From: Tricharina praecox
Lineage: Eukaryota
Reading direction: 5' to 3'
NCBI RefSeq assembly: GCF_024521635.1
Contig: NW_026250404.1
Coordinates: 1,364,001-1,428,000, forward strand
DNA: 64,000 nucleotides
The notes below the pieces were generated by a model, which saw only the letters and a program-made list of their open reading frames with translations, did not search any database and was not told the origin of the DNA. Below are positions 39,731 through 52,848 of this stretch, piece after piece (position 1 is the first letter of the stretch; each line of letters starts with the position of its first letter). Made by a program: the position numbers and the translations under genes.

Positions 39731-42700
39731 ATGAGCCAGCCACGAAAACCCTCAATCAGTATCGATGCAGGCTAGTATGCTCCATTACACTTCCTCATCG
39801 ATCACTAACAGTGGCTGCAGCTTTGAGCAAGCCTCCGCCCACCCCTGCGACGACAGCCAACGAACGGGCGGACCTCAAGAAAAAGGTGCGGATATCGCCC
39901 AAGGTCGGAGACAACGGGACCGTAGCGATTCTGAGCCAGTTCGGGGAGCTGCTATCGCTCACACAGATTCTCGCGGACGCCAATGGGGAGCCCAAATGCG
40001 TATCGGCGGAAACGCGGGATTGTGTCTCTGCGGATATGCGACATCCCAAGCAGTGGCGAGGCTACGATGGCGAGATGCAAGCCGAGGTCTACGGAGAGAA
40101 GGAAGACCCAGCCAGCAACGAAGACAAGGATAGTGACAACGACAGCGATCGTGACAGCGGCGATGAGGAGGAGGGACGGAAACCACTGGAGGATTGGGAA
40201 TCGCCAGCCGGAATAAGCCCGCATTATCACTATCGGAAGACCGCATTCAATCGCCTTTACGAGAAGGCTCATTCGGGATTTGGCTTGCGTCTGGCCGCCG
40301 ACACCGGAAAGTTGGAACTTCATGAACTACGATATCGAGAAGACCGGTGGCCAGAATTCCAACTCGTCCGAAGAAAAAATAAAGAACTCAAGATCGATGT
40401 TCAATACTTCGTCGACAACAATCAGCTCTTTCAGCAGTACACCATTACATCAACGGACAGTGATACATTTGAATTATGTATGGACATTGACTTCACCGCC
40501 GCCCTCCGGTACTGTCTACTCGGCACCGTGGAAATCAGCCCCCGAAAGTCCTATGATAATCTGACATCCGTCCGAAAGCTACACGGTTCTGGCCAAGTTG
40601 CGGTGGAAGGAAGTGCTCAAAAGTTGATAGTCACCTTGTTCAGGGACAACTCCATTGTCCCATTGAATGGTTTCGAAGAGAATGAGGATATATCAGTCAA
40701 ATCTCCTGAAGAAATTACTCACCGGGAACGTGTCCAGATTGCTCCCGGCGAAGTAGTCACTTTCACCGCAGTCTATGCAATACTGAACAAGGCAGAACAG
40801 TTCGCTACTCTCCCGGTCTTGCCAAGTGGAGGATTCGATAGAGCCAGTGGAACGAGGTGGTGGGATTTCAAGAAAGAATGCAAAGATTCCTCCTTCACGT
40901 ACCGCCGCTCCCTCGAACACATACTATGCGTGACGGCACTACCACTTCCCACGTCTCACCCCGGTTACGAGGGCGTTCGTCCATACATGCTACTAGACAA
41001 TTCACTCTCGCTAGCCCATGAACCCCAAGAGGGATAGTATGACACTCCGTTGCTTCTTTGCAGCCAACTCCGACTAATCTACCGAATAGCATGCAACTGA
41101 TATTCCTACTCGGAATGTTTGAACTCTTTTCCACTTGCCACCTCGCGGACCCGGTCTCGACCGAACGATACCTTTACAAGATCCAGGAGGTGGCGAAGGG
41201 ATATCTTCTATGGCTTTGCGAAATGAAGACAAATCCGAGCGACGACGATCGCATGAAAGTTCTGATAGAAGGAGAAAGTGAAACACCAGACACCGACCCT
41301 GATCGGGGTTGGATTCAGACCACCAACGTTGCCGAACGATATTGTGATAGACTGATAGCACTGCACCGCTTCGCCCGTCTATTTCCTGGGGAATCAGACT
41401 TCACTCGGAAGATATTGTGCAGTACTGCGCCCAAAACCTGGGAACACGTCAGAAAGGTACAGGACTCAGATACTGACATGGTATCCGATATTTTTCGGCG
41501 TGAATATCTACCTCGTTGGGTGCCTATCAAATATTTCGAGCTGAATACGCAAATCATGGTGTGGAGGGCGATGGACGCCTTCAAGAAACTACTCAAAATT
41601 CTGGACATCTCGACTCAGGACAAGATCCGCAAGATTTGGGAAACGGATCCACACGCGTTTCGGCGGAACGTTATCGAACGGTTCACTGTCGAGGAAAACC
41701 CTTCGGCCGCTTCTGCAAATGGGGGGGTTTGCAGACAGTTGATGGCCACGCAGTAAGCTTTGCATGCTCCAAACCTGCGAAACGACGATGCTAATCAATG
41801 TTAGTATGATCTCCGGCGCCATAACGTTTAGAATCTCGCCCAGAATAATGCCTCTACTGGTGTCTGCTTTGGACGGAAGCTTTTTTAGCAAGGACGACCT
41901 GGCGATTGGTCCCTGGAATGAGACACTGAATCAAACTGAATTGTGGCCATTTTGCCCCGAAAACAAACCACCCGACGAGTTTGTTAATTGCGCGGTATTG
42001 AATTTGCTTTTGGTGCGATACCGAGATGGTACCACCACCCATCAGGATACAGTTGATGCGAGGATGCACCTAGAGGCTGTTGTCTCCGACACAGGACTAC
42101 TCATCACCAACCGCTCTCTACACCAAATCGGATGGCAATCGATCATGACGCTTCTTTTCAACGACTACGAGGAGCAGCTCTCTCCCGCAAAGTCAGTTCT
42201 CCCAGTTCTTCCAGGAGATATTTTTTACGTGCACTGACAATGCCTCCTTCAGGGACCGAATGGAATGGAATAGGAGCCCAGTTATTTCTCCCACCCCCAA
42301 CGTGCTGCGTACAGTGCCTGGATCTCGGACAGCCGATACACGCGACCCTGCACCGCCTCTTCAGAGCTCACTTCGCGATGATGTCTCCAAGAAACGCCGG
42401 AAGCTAGATCTTTCTAAAGAAGACCAGGAGTTGATCAACGAAAAACCAGGTGGGAAAATTCGCGAGTGGCTGTGAGGATCCTGGCTTATATCGCTGCAGA
42501 ATATGGGCCGGCATGGCTATTCCATGATCTTTGGTTCTTTTCCAGTCCAGAACACAGGATTTCAATCCCCATAAAATCTTTCGTGGACGTCAAAACACGG
42601 CTTTTGCAACTTGACAAGGTCGACGAGGAAGATTTTTTTGCTACCTGGCTAAATAGTATCATGCCAAAATCCCACGAAAGAACCTTATTTATCGAACGCA

Positions 42701-45235
42701 TGACAAAGACCCCCGGCACGGCTCTGAATTTTATCGTAGACTTCGGGAAGAAGCCGACGGTCTCCAAACTTCTTGGTCATCACCACTACGCCCGCGACAC
42801 CGTAGGAGCCTCGATCATCAACCGTCTTATCAAACCAGTAAGACTATCATACTAGCAATTCTCTGATGAACTGATTTGTACTGGTACTAAAGAAAACCGT
42901 GGCAGAGAGTTAAAGCAACCTCGAAAAAGCGAGTGATGTATGTACAGCCTATTGGCTACTGCTTTCGGACGGCTAACGCGAATGAAGCGTGGTGGAAAAC
43001 ATGAACAAAGCCTTCTTAATGGTCCTTTGTGCGACCCACGTCAATTCAGAGGCATATTACTTGGGAATTTTCATTGAGTCAGTGATCAAGTGCACGCCAA
43101 TGCACGTCTTCGAGGTTTGGGTGCCCATCACCATCTTCAGTGAAAAATGCTGACGTTCTCAAGACATTAATACCCGAGGGAATATGGGAAACGCGCGTAT
43201 GCATAAAATACATCCAGCACTTCCACCCGTTTGACGACATAGACACTGGAAACGTTGATCAGAGCCATTTCCATGCGAAGCGTTGGCCATTACGGGACAA
43301 AAGCCCAGGGGATGGGAGACTAAGTTCCCTTCCAGATTGGCCTTTGAGAGAAGCAGCTTTCGGATTTAGTATCATAGGGGATATCCATGATCGCCACTGG
43401 ACAGCTTACATCTTTCACAATTATGATGCGGACCTATGGGACTTGACCGGGGACGCGTTCCGAGGGCCATGCCCTTCCGATAACATGCATCAAAGGAAGA
43501 TCCTAGAGGGATGTCTCGTTGCTCGGGCTCTCCATCTCTTGCTAATGAATACTCGCTCTATTCTGGGGCAAATCGATCAAATTTCGCAGCAAGACAAGGC
43601 GGGTATCTTCCATGGACTTTCATGCTCATATGCTGACGACTACTGGTCATAGTACTCGTTGTTTGATCAATTTGGAACGGATCGTGGAAGCGGGGAGCAC
43701 AACTTCAACAGTCGATATAAACACAGCGTGCTCTTTCCCTGGTTGCTTGAGCTGTTGAGATTGCTCAGTGGTCATTGTGATAGTGCTCAGACCACGGTCG
43801 ATGTCTTCTTGCAATCCGAGAAAAATTTCAAGCACAAGCCGAGATGGTCGAAAGGAGACCAAATCAAATACGGAGAGCAGTTGAGAAAAAATCGGAAAAA
43901 AATCAACTCACAGCTTACCAAAATCAGGGAAGTCAAGGGGCAGATTGGGGAAAAGATTGCATGGTTCACGAAACTCAAGGAATGGATCGCAAGGTCAGAT
44001 ATTTTATCAGAATCAGTGCCGCCGCTTCCCTCTAACATCTGCCTGTCCCGCACAGCGACCTCGCTCTCCAAGATGCCCGGCGTTCTATTATTCTGTCGGA
44101 GAGTGCTAGGATTTTCACAGTTGTAGGTTTATTTACCCACTGTTACGAGCTGCAGCCTGTTGATAGGTCTACCTAGGTGACACTCATATTCCTTCCTCTG
44201 TCTTTCAGCTCAGTAAGTAGATGATAGCCTAGAACAGTTCAATTCTCGCGCTGATGTTTCCTTTCAGAGCATCGTTGCCATAGACGGCCTTAGGTGAGTC
44301 CGAGAACGCTGAGGATCCATCAAACCTTGCTAACTGCTTTTTATAGTTGGGGTTCGCCTCTCGCAGGACTGTTTAAGATTATCGCCGCTGTGTCAGCTTT
44401 CACCATAATCATTTTGGTCAACCTCGATTTCATAGACCGATGGACTTGGTATCTCCTCGCCAATTGCCACAAGTTCCTCCGGATGAAAATGAAGAGCGAG
44501 CCAGGCGGTACCGCCAAAACGGCTCCGATAGTCGATCCCGAATCAGGCGGCTTGGACTCGCCCGATTTGGCCACCGGTTTTTGGGGCAATAAAGCCGGCG
44601 AACTCGAAAGCATGGATGACCGTAAGGAAATCATGGGCGAGGGCGTGTCGCAGCTAAATCCCGACACCAGCGCGTGGTGGTACTGGCTGTTCTTGGTCTT
44701 CTACAGTGTCGTCAAGCTGCCCATGACGGAGGTGGCGTTTGCAGTCGAAGTCACGTGGCGCAAAGTCCCTCGTGTCGGACCGCTGCAGAAGATATTCCGT
44801 TTGGCCTGGGTTCCGTTGTGGTTGCTTTTACTGTCACTAGTGTACGTTGTGTTGATGGTGGGCGATGGCCTTGTGATGGTGTGGGGATTGATCTGCAAGG
44901 GGTTACGTATTGCGTGGCAAGGCACGGAGGAGGAGAAAAAGAAGGAAGGAAAGGAGAGGGGAACGGATGAGGCGGATAAGGTTGAAGAACAGGTCATCAC
45001 TCCGGAGGTTGAGCAACCTTCATGGAATATCCCATGGTGGAGGAAGCCGCTGCACGCCATGGAGTACGGGCTAGTTCTTGCCGCTCACCGAAAGAGAATG
45101 GAAAGCCCTACCGAAGCAACCCCGGAAGTTTCCAACTCGAGCACCACAGCGGTCAACCCAACTACGCCGGTGATAGCCAACGTGGACACCCCCGCGTTCA
45201 CCAACGGCTCCCAAACTTCAGTTAAGACAGAATAG
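39731..45235 (+). CDS. Large (~1600 aa) 14-exon protein with C-terminal CorA-like coiled-coil plus TM region
   Basis: The ORF fragments join in frame across 13 short introns with branch sites, e.g. 39759-39811, 41037-41089, 42838-42905 and GC-AG 43599-43652. The spliced C-terminal part reads DLALQDARRSIILSESARIFTVVTLIFLPLSFSSSIVAIDG, i.e. CorA-like TM1. Confidence 0.75.
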
Positions 45236-46060
45236 CGAAAGAGCCGAAAACGGGGTGAGGTTGGGGGCTTGGTCTGTGCTTTCATACGGATATGTCTTTG
45301 GAGGGGTTTATGTTGGGTTTATGTTGGGTTTATTTTCTGGTTATTGTTGTGTGATTTATAACGAATTTTGTATTCTATTCCTTTTCTGTGTTTAATCATA
45401 CCCGCATTCGGCCATCCAGAATAGCGGCGTACTTTCTATCTGTCTCCTGTCCGCCGTCTCGACCACAGCTTCCCTTGTCTGCCGCCAGGCCATCACAAGT
45501 AAAAAGAGATAATACAGTAAGGACTGACATAGGCCTACATCTCCACTCCTCCCATTCCGCCCCCGCCCCTTTTTTTCCCGCATGGCAACATCACGCTGCC
45601 TGTTCTATTCCAACTAGTGATTTGGTTTTGTTGTTAATAAAATCCGAGTGATATACTGTGATTCGTTCTGTAGACCCCGTTCCCTTCCATCCATTCCCAG
45701 ACCCAATATATGCCATAATTTACTGGGAGTATGGTGGATTTTTGATTTTATTTCCTTTGGCTTTATCTTCGATTTCTTCAACGAGGCCCGTCGTACATAC
45801 TCCTGTATTAGGCTACAGCTAGATTTGTCTGTGTTTAGGCTAGAATGCTTTCCTGACGGTTATACGGTACGGTATTGTACCTTGAAGGATTCCCAGAGAA
45901 CGACCATGTCACTTTGGTCAAAATGACAGTTCAAGGAGACAGATATATTCCTCAATCACCAGGTAAAAAAAAACCAACCCAGAAGTCAGCACCACAGTAA
46001 TCAAATTAGGTACACCATCATACACACTACATCCGCCTCCATATCCATCCCCCCCTTTCC

Positions 46061-47316
46061 CTAAGCCTCCGGCTCCATATTCTCAGGATAAAAGTCCCTA
46101 TACGGATCGTTCCCCTTGTACTGGATCAGGTCGTTCTCAAAGACCTCCCAAAAGTACGGGCCCTTCGGCACCCAGCCCAAGAGTTTCTTGGCGCGAGCGG
46201 CATTGGTCCGCGAGTTGCTGCCAAACATCCACAGCGCTATCCCGGACCCGTCGATCATGTTCTCAGTCTCTTCGGGTGTGCAGGACCGCGGATTCTCATT
46301 CTGTATCAGGCCGTGCGATTTCAGGATCCCCGCGGCGGCCTTGGCAATGTCCCGCATCGAAACGTCCTCGTCGTTGGAGACGAAGTAGAAGCCCTGTAGC
46401 GGTCAGCGGCGCAGAGGGGGTTGATATGAGAGGGGGAGGGGAAAGGGGGGGGGGAGGGTACGTTCTCGCCCCAACATTCATCTCTCAGCTTCCCGGTCTT
46501 GATGGTCCTGACCGCCTCCTCGACCAGCAGTCGATACAACTCGCAGAGATCGTGTACGTGCACCAGGCTCCGCATGTTCGCGCCCTTCCCCACGTACAGC
46601 GCCGCCTTCTGCCGCGACACCTCGTCGCAATAGAGCGGCAGCATACGACACTCCCTCTTCCTCTCCAACCCGCCTGCCCCGGTGCCGTAGATGTCGGGCG
46701 GACACACGATCGCCGTGTGGATATTCTCCCCGTACTTCTTTGCGGCGCCGAAGATCAGCGAATCCATTGGGCGGTGGATGTGATTATTCGGCAGGGTGCG
46801 GATCTCGGGCAGGTCGTCGATATCGCTCCACACGCGGGGGTCGCGCTCGCCGAACTCGATGCCGGCCGAAGCGCAGCAGTTGTATTCGTTGCCCGACGTG
46901 GACGAGGCGGTTGCGTCCGATACGGTGATGTTGCTGCTGAGGTGCAGGAAGAAGCTGGGCTTGGATTGATCGCGCGAGGCGAGCCCGTGCAGGAGCGAGA
47001 GGATCACTTTCTCGGCTTCGGGCTTGCCCGCGTCTAATTGTGGTCAGTAGTCTGTCCGGTGGGTCCTAGTGAGGGAAGGTACGGATCACGATGTCGCTCT
47101 TCGCTGCGTGCTCCTGGATCACGTCGTATTCACACGGGGCGTCTCGTGGGATGGCGGTGACGGGAAGTTCGGGGTGGGTTTTCGCCAGCCGCTCGAGGAT
47201 ACAGCAGCCGATGTAGCCCACTGATCCGGTCCTGTTTGTTGTCAGTCATCCTCCATGGAGGTAGGTAGATCACGGTCTGACAGGAGGATTCTTGGTTGTT
47301 GCTGTTGCTGTGCCAT
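46061..47316 (-). CDS. NAD(P)-binding Rossmann-fold protein (NmrA/epimerase-like), 4 exons
   Basis: Spliced RILLTGSVGYIG; TAIVCPPDIYGTG; VHVHDLCELY; FGSNSRTNAARAKKLLGWVP. Confidence 0.85.
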
Positions 47317-48090
47317 TTCTTCTCTCATGTGGTTTCACTTTTCTTGCCTTGGTGAATATGATGATGAAATTTGTAGGAAAATGGAAGATCGAAAGTTGTG
47401 TATAGGAAAGTATATACCTCCCGCCTGAAGAACGCACATACATCATATCACGCATTTTCCACCACCTGATCCCCCCAACCGGCCCGTCGCCCTCTTTCTC
47501 CGCGGCTGGAGCTGAGGGAAGGAGGAATATTGAGAGATTTACGGCGGCGGCGACGGCGACGGCGGCATGTGTCATGACGGCACCATGACGGTCCTGCGGC
47601 CAGAGGCGGAGGTGGCGCCCGGTTGCCAGTACAAACTCCGGCTTAAACTTGCGAGATCACTCGATCGATGCGGCAGCCGCGGTTGGCGCTTGTGCGCTAG
47701 TCTGTGGGAAACGTCCTCCTAACGAGCAGGTACTGAGAGACCTCCGACGGGTACGGGCAACTGGCGAGACTGATTCAATTGACTAGAAAACAACAAGAAA
47801 GAAAAGTAGCCTGATGTTCTTCAGAATGATGACCTCAAAGTATCTCTGCGGTATTAGACTAATAATGTCTGCGGTGATGATAATGTCTGATGTCTTGTGC
47901 CTAATGTCTCGTGTGTTGTGTGTTGAACGCCAGATCGACCGACTAGACGAACACAAAAGTAGTAACAGAGAACATTTCAACGTTGAGGCGACCGCATCGG
48001 GTCGGCCCCGAATTCCACAATACCCAGTTTTAACTGGCTCATTCATTTTCATTCTGCAAGAGACAAGTAACATGTAAAGACATGGTATCC

Positions 48091-49014
48091 TTACAACTTA
48101 GCAGAACAATGACTCCCCCCATCGACCGTGATAACCGAGCCATTGATATACGCCCCCGCCCTCGAGCTGAGGAACAGACACGCACCCGCCACATCCTCCG
48201 GCGTCCCGATCCTCTTCAACGGAACCCCCTCTTCAATGGTATCTCTAAACTTCTCGAGCGTCACCTTCATCATCTTGCTCTCGAACGGCCCACAAGCCAA
48301 AACATTACTCGTGATCCCCCTTGGGCCCAAATGCGCCGACAGCACCTTACTCAAGTGATGCAACCCAGCCTTACTAGTGGAGTAAGCGAACGTCTCGAGC
48401 GACGGCACGCGAATGCCATCGATACTCCCGATGTGTATGACCCTAGCGGGGTCGACGCCCCCGGCGCCGGTCGACGCCGCCTCCAGCAGCGGCGTGCACA
48501 GCTGCGTCAGCGTAAACACGCGCTGCAGGTTCAGCGTCAACAGCTTCGTCCACGCGTCGTCGGGGTAGCTATCGTACGACTCGCCCCAGTTCGCGCCGGA
48601 GTTGTTGACAAGAACGTGGAGCTTCTTCTCGCGCGCGCTGAGCGAGCGCACTAGGTTCTGAACGTGCTCGAGCTTTTGGAGGTCCGCCGGGATCGCGAAT
48701 GCTTTACCGGGACCTGTGGAGGTTTCCCCGGTCAGCTGCGTGTAGCTATGCGGAGAACGGGAATATCTAGGGGGGAGGACTAACCTTTGGCGGTGAGTTC
48801 GGCGGCGGCCTTCTCGCAGGACTTGACGTCACGGGATGAGATGTACACCCGTGCGCCGTTGGCTACGTACCCGGACGAGATCATGTAGCCAATACCCTTT
48901 GCGCCGCCGGTGACAAGGACGACCTTGTCTTTGACCGAGAAGCTGTCGTGCGTTAGTCAGTTCGCCTCTCTTCTAGCTGGTGAGGAGGAGGAGTTACAGT
49001 GTTGATACGTCCAT
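48091..49014 (-). CDS. Short-chain dehydrogenase/reductase (RhlG-like) with PTS1 (-AKL), 3 exons
   Basis: MDVSTL|FSVKDKVVLVTGGAKGIG, LVNNSG, YSTSK catalytic motif and TVDGG; ends SAKL. Confidence 0.93.
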
Positions 49015-49577
49015 TATGGCTTTCGGCTTTGTGTGGAAGAGAGAGAGAGAGTGTGTGTGTGTGTGAGCGGTGTGTGAGCGGTAGGAAGGTGGTGAGAGGT
49101 AGAGCTTTGGGATGTGGAGGACTCTGGTTTGTATGATACATGGAATATGAGTGGACGTGTCACACCAAAACCTGGGGCCGAGCCGAGGCATCTCGGCTGC
49201 ATGCTTGTGTTCTTGATAACGCGGTGAGCAAGAGAATTGTGTCTACGAACTGTCGAGTCCATAGGACACATCTACTCTACATCGGGATAGTAGTCTCCTT
49301 AGTAAACAGGAGTCTCATACTCGCCCACTGATTACCGAATACTTACTCCTGAGATGATTCGAGTGAGACTCCGTGAACAACTCCGAAACCCAGCAAAGTT
49401 CAATCATATGGTAGCTCCACAGGGCACCATACGTAACAGCAGCACATCAACGATTTCGACATTGCAACATACGTCCATCCCATTTCTACCCAGAGACCTG
49501 AAAACTAAGGAAATAAAACAAAAGAAAGAAGAAAAAATCAACCCAACTTTTTTCCCTCACTCCCTATCATCAATCGC

Positions 49578-51962
49578 TTACTCGGTAGGATCAAGCAACT
49601 TCATGACCTTTCCGATAGCAATGGTCTGTCCCTGGTCACGTAGGGTGAATCGGCCTAGCTGCTGGTGATCGGCATATGTCTCGATGGGCACTTGTCCGGC
49701 CATCTCAAGGCGCGCGATGATGGCTTGTCCTAGAGTCCCACAGATATTAGTTTATCATTATTCAACGGGGTGTTACGGAGTCATACCCTTTGATGCGAAC
49801 GCCGGTGGCTTCCTGCTCTTGCGTCCGGTTCCTTTCTCCAGTTTGTGGAGCAGGACGGCAAATGTAACCTCCTGCACGGTGGTATGCACGTGCATGACAC
49901 AGGTGAATCCGGCAGTGAGAATACTCTTAAGCTCGATAATGTGAATCTGTGCCTCGAATGCGGACACGCAGTGGATAGGGTTCTTGGGGCTGGTGAAGAC
50001 GAAGCCAGGAACAATTTCCTCCTCCTCGGCACCACGCACACGGAGTCGCACCTGGTCACCACAAGAGGCGTTGGGCAACTCCTCTTCCGATTCGGAATAG
50101 ATGGCGACAATTTCGATAGGGGTGCGCCCAGGCATCATGAGGAGGTTGCTGCCCTTCTTAATCACTCCACTCTCGATCTTGCCCTCGACGACGACTCCCA
50201 TATCCTTGTACTTTCCGGAGATGGGCATCATGAATGGTGCTCGCAGCTTGCGCTCGAGTCCCTTCATGTTGTCGAGGTATTCCAGGAGTGAAGGCCCTTG
50301 GTACCAGTCGGCAACACCCTTCGGAATACGGTCTTTCAGACCGAAGCCGGTGAGTGCCGATAGAGGCATGAACATGACATCTGCACCGGTTAACATGTTT
50401 CACAGCATAGAAGCTGAAGGGAGGGAGGTACCAGTCTTGGGGTTGTACCCAGTTGCCTTGAGAAACTGGGCAAGCTTTGTAGTACATTCTTCATAACGCT
50501 CCTTGCTCCACTCCACGGTAGGGTCGTCCATCTTGTTGATAACTACGACGAGCTTGCTGACACCCTGAGTCTTTGCCAGCACCGCGTGCTCTCGTGTCTG
50601 TCCTCCCTTCTCAAACCCAGTCTCGTACTCTCCCTTACGTGCTGAAATGACGAGGATACCGACGTCAGCTTGGGAGGCACCACCGATCATAGACGGGACG
50701 TAATTCTTGTGGCCGGGGGCATCAAGTACAGTGTAGCGGCGCTTCTCGGTCTCGAAGTATGCTCGGCCAACCTCGACGGTCTTTCCCTTCGCGCGCTCCT
50801 CACGGGTAAGATCGAGTGCCCACGACAGGTACCAGGACTCTCGACCAGCCTCCTTGGCCTCACGCCTGAACTTCTCCATCGTACGTTCGTCCACCATACC
50901 GGTAGCATAGAGGATAGCACCACCGAGCGAGGACTTTCCGGCATCAACGTGGCCGATAAATACCAAGTTCACATGTTCCTATATCTCTATTAGCTTCGCT
51001 ATTTCTAGGCAAGCGCGGGTATTGGCGTTACCAACCTTTCCATACAGCTCGTCAATCAACTGCTCGTCGACCTCCTCCTCCTGTGCCTTCAACACGGCAT
51101 CAGCCTCCCGCTTCTGCTGCGCCTTCTCAGCAGCCGTAGGGGTCGCCGTGGTGCGAGCAGGAGACGAACGGCCGTCAGTGGTCGAAGGGCTAGTCTTTCC
51201 ACTGGGAGGACCGCTCTTCGACACAGCTTTAGCGGCAGCGGCCTTCGAACCAGCCTCGGGCTTCGACGAGGGCGCGCTCTTCGCGGGAGTCTCCTCCTTC
51301 TTTGGTGTGGATGAACCCGAACCACCAATTGTAAGAACCTTCGTAGTCGCACTGCCATCACCACCGATCGTCAACACCTTGGGCTTCGAAGCCGCTCCGT
51401 CACCTCCGATAGTGAGGACCTTTGCGGGACCTGAAGGAGCAGCGGCGGCTGGATCCGGACGCTTCGCGATCTGCGGGACCTGCTGCTGTTGCGGCTTCTG
51501 TGGCTGCTGCTGCTGTTGCTGCTGCTGCTGGAGGTGGGGTGGTCTGTACGCCTGCTGCGATGGCTGCTGCTGCTGGTAGTTGTTGTAACCAGCGAACCCA
51601 CCCTGGTTCTGCGCATACTGCTGATGCTGTCCTTGTTGACCACTGTACTGAGCGTACTGATCATACTGTCCCTGTTGAGGCTGTCCGTAACCTTGGTACT
51701 GCTGGTATCCGCTAAACTGCTGCTGTTGCTGCTGCTGGCCGTATCCGTAGTTCGAGTAGCTCTGCTGGCCGGGTACGAACGCTTGTACTCCCGGGGTGAA
51801 AGTGGCGGCGGGATTGAAAGAAGCTGTCGGTCGGAACTGCTGCTGTTGAGGCTGTTGTTGTTGTTGTTGCTGCGGCTGCTGGTTCAGATTCATGTTGCCG
51901 GTACGCGACGCAAGATCGTCATCGCCGGCAGCGTCTTCCCAGGAGTTGGGGGTGTTCGACAT
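49578..51962 (-). CDS. SUP35: Translation release factor eRF3 (Sup35), 4 exons
   Basis: Q/Y/G-rich N domain, charged M domain, GHVDAGKS, DAPGH, NKMDD and GRFTLRDQGQTIAIGKV; TAA at 49580-49578. Confidence 0.98.
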
Positions 51963-52848
51963 CGCGACGATAGTTGTAGGAAGAAGTAGTTGTCGAGGCC
52001 GTGAAGGTTATGTCGGTTAGACGAGGGTATGTGTGGAGGCGTGGTGGCAGAACACTGTCAAGGTCTGGGCTTTTTAGGTCGGACGTTGCGGGGTTCGTTC
52101 TACAAAACCGTAAAATGCAAGGTTTTGTCGTCCACTAAACGCAGATACCCCACCAAGTCACCATGAATCATCATCTAGCAACAGCTGCAGCCTGATTTTG
52201 TGAGCATGATGTTTTATGACTCCAGGCGCCCCCGCCCAATACAACATAGATACAGAATTCATCACAGTAATCTTAACGCTCTTCTCTATTCGATCGCTGC
52301 TTAAGTACATACTTTAAGCATTCAAGTAGCCGGTGTCGTAAGCTCATCCATGATAGTAACACACAGTACTATATAAGAAGCAAAACAAAAGGAAATAAAG
52401 AATCTAAATCACTGAATCACCTGATTTCATTTTCAGATTTCTCGGAGAGTCAAACCATTCCCAAAGATAAAGTAAGATGAACAAGAAGAAGAGAAAGAAG
52501 AGGAAGAAAAGGAAGAAGAACGAAGAGGAAAAAACGAAGAACAAAATATTACTACAGAAGTACATAGAAAACAGGAAAGAAGTACAGCCCTCATCGTCAA
52601 TCCGTCTGTAGAAGGGAAGAAGCTCTACCAAACTGACGCAAACGCCGTTCGTTGAATCCATCATATCTATCAACGGATAACTGACTTCTCCGGGGTAATT
52701 AAAATGAAGTAAATCTGCCCAAACCCAGTCTATAAGTTGATCCCCCATCCCATCCCATCCATATCCCTCTTCGTTGCAATCCACACGCGCACAAATTTCT
52801 GTAGATGAATCGCCTCTCCCTCCAGGAGGTTCATCGATCCCGCTCAGC

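Noticed and set aside
42893..42913. Apparent premature TAA in the CorA-like gene if the AAG at 42892 is the acceptor
   Set aside because: The CAG at 42905, 15 nt after the TACTAA branch site, gives in-frame KP|RVKATSKKRVI, so the gene need not be a pseudogene.
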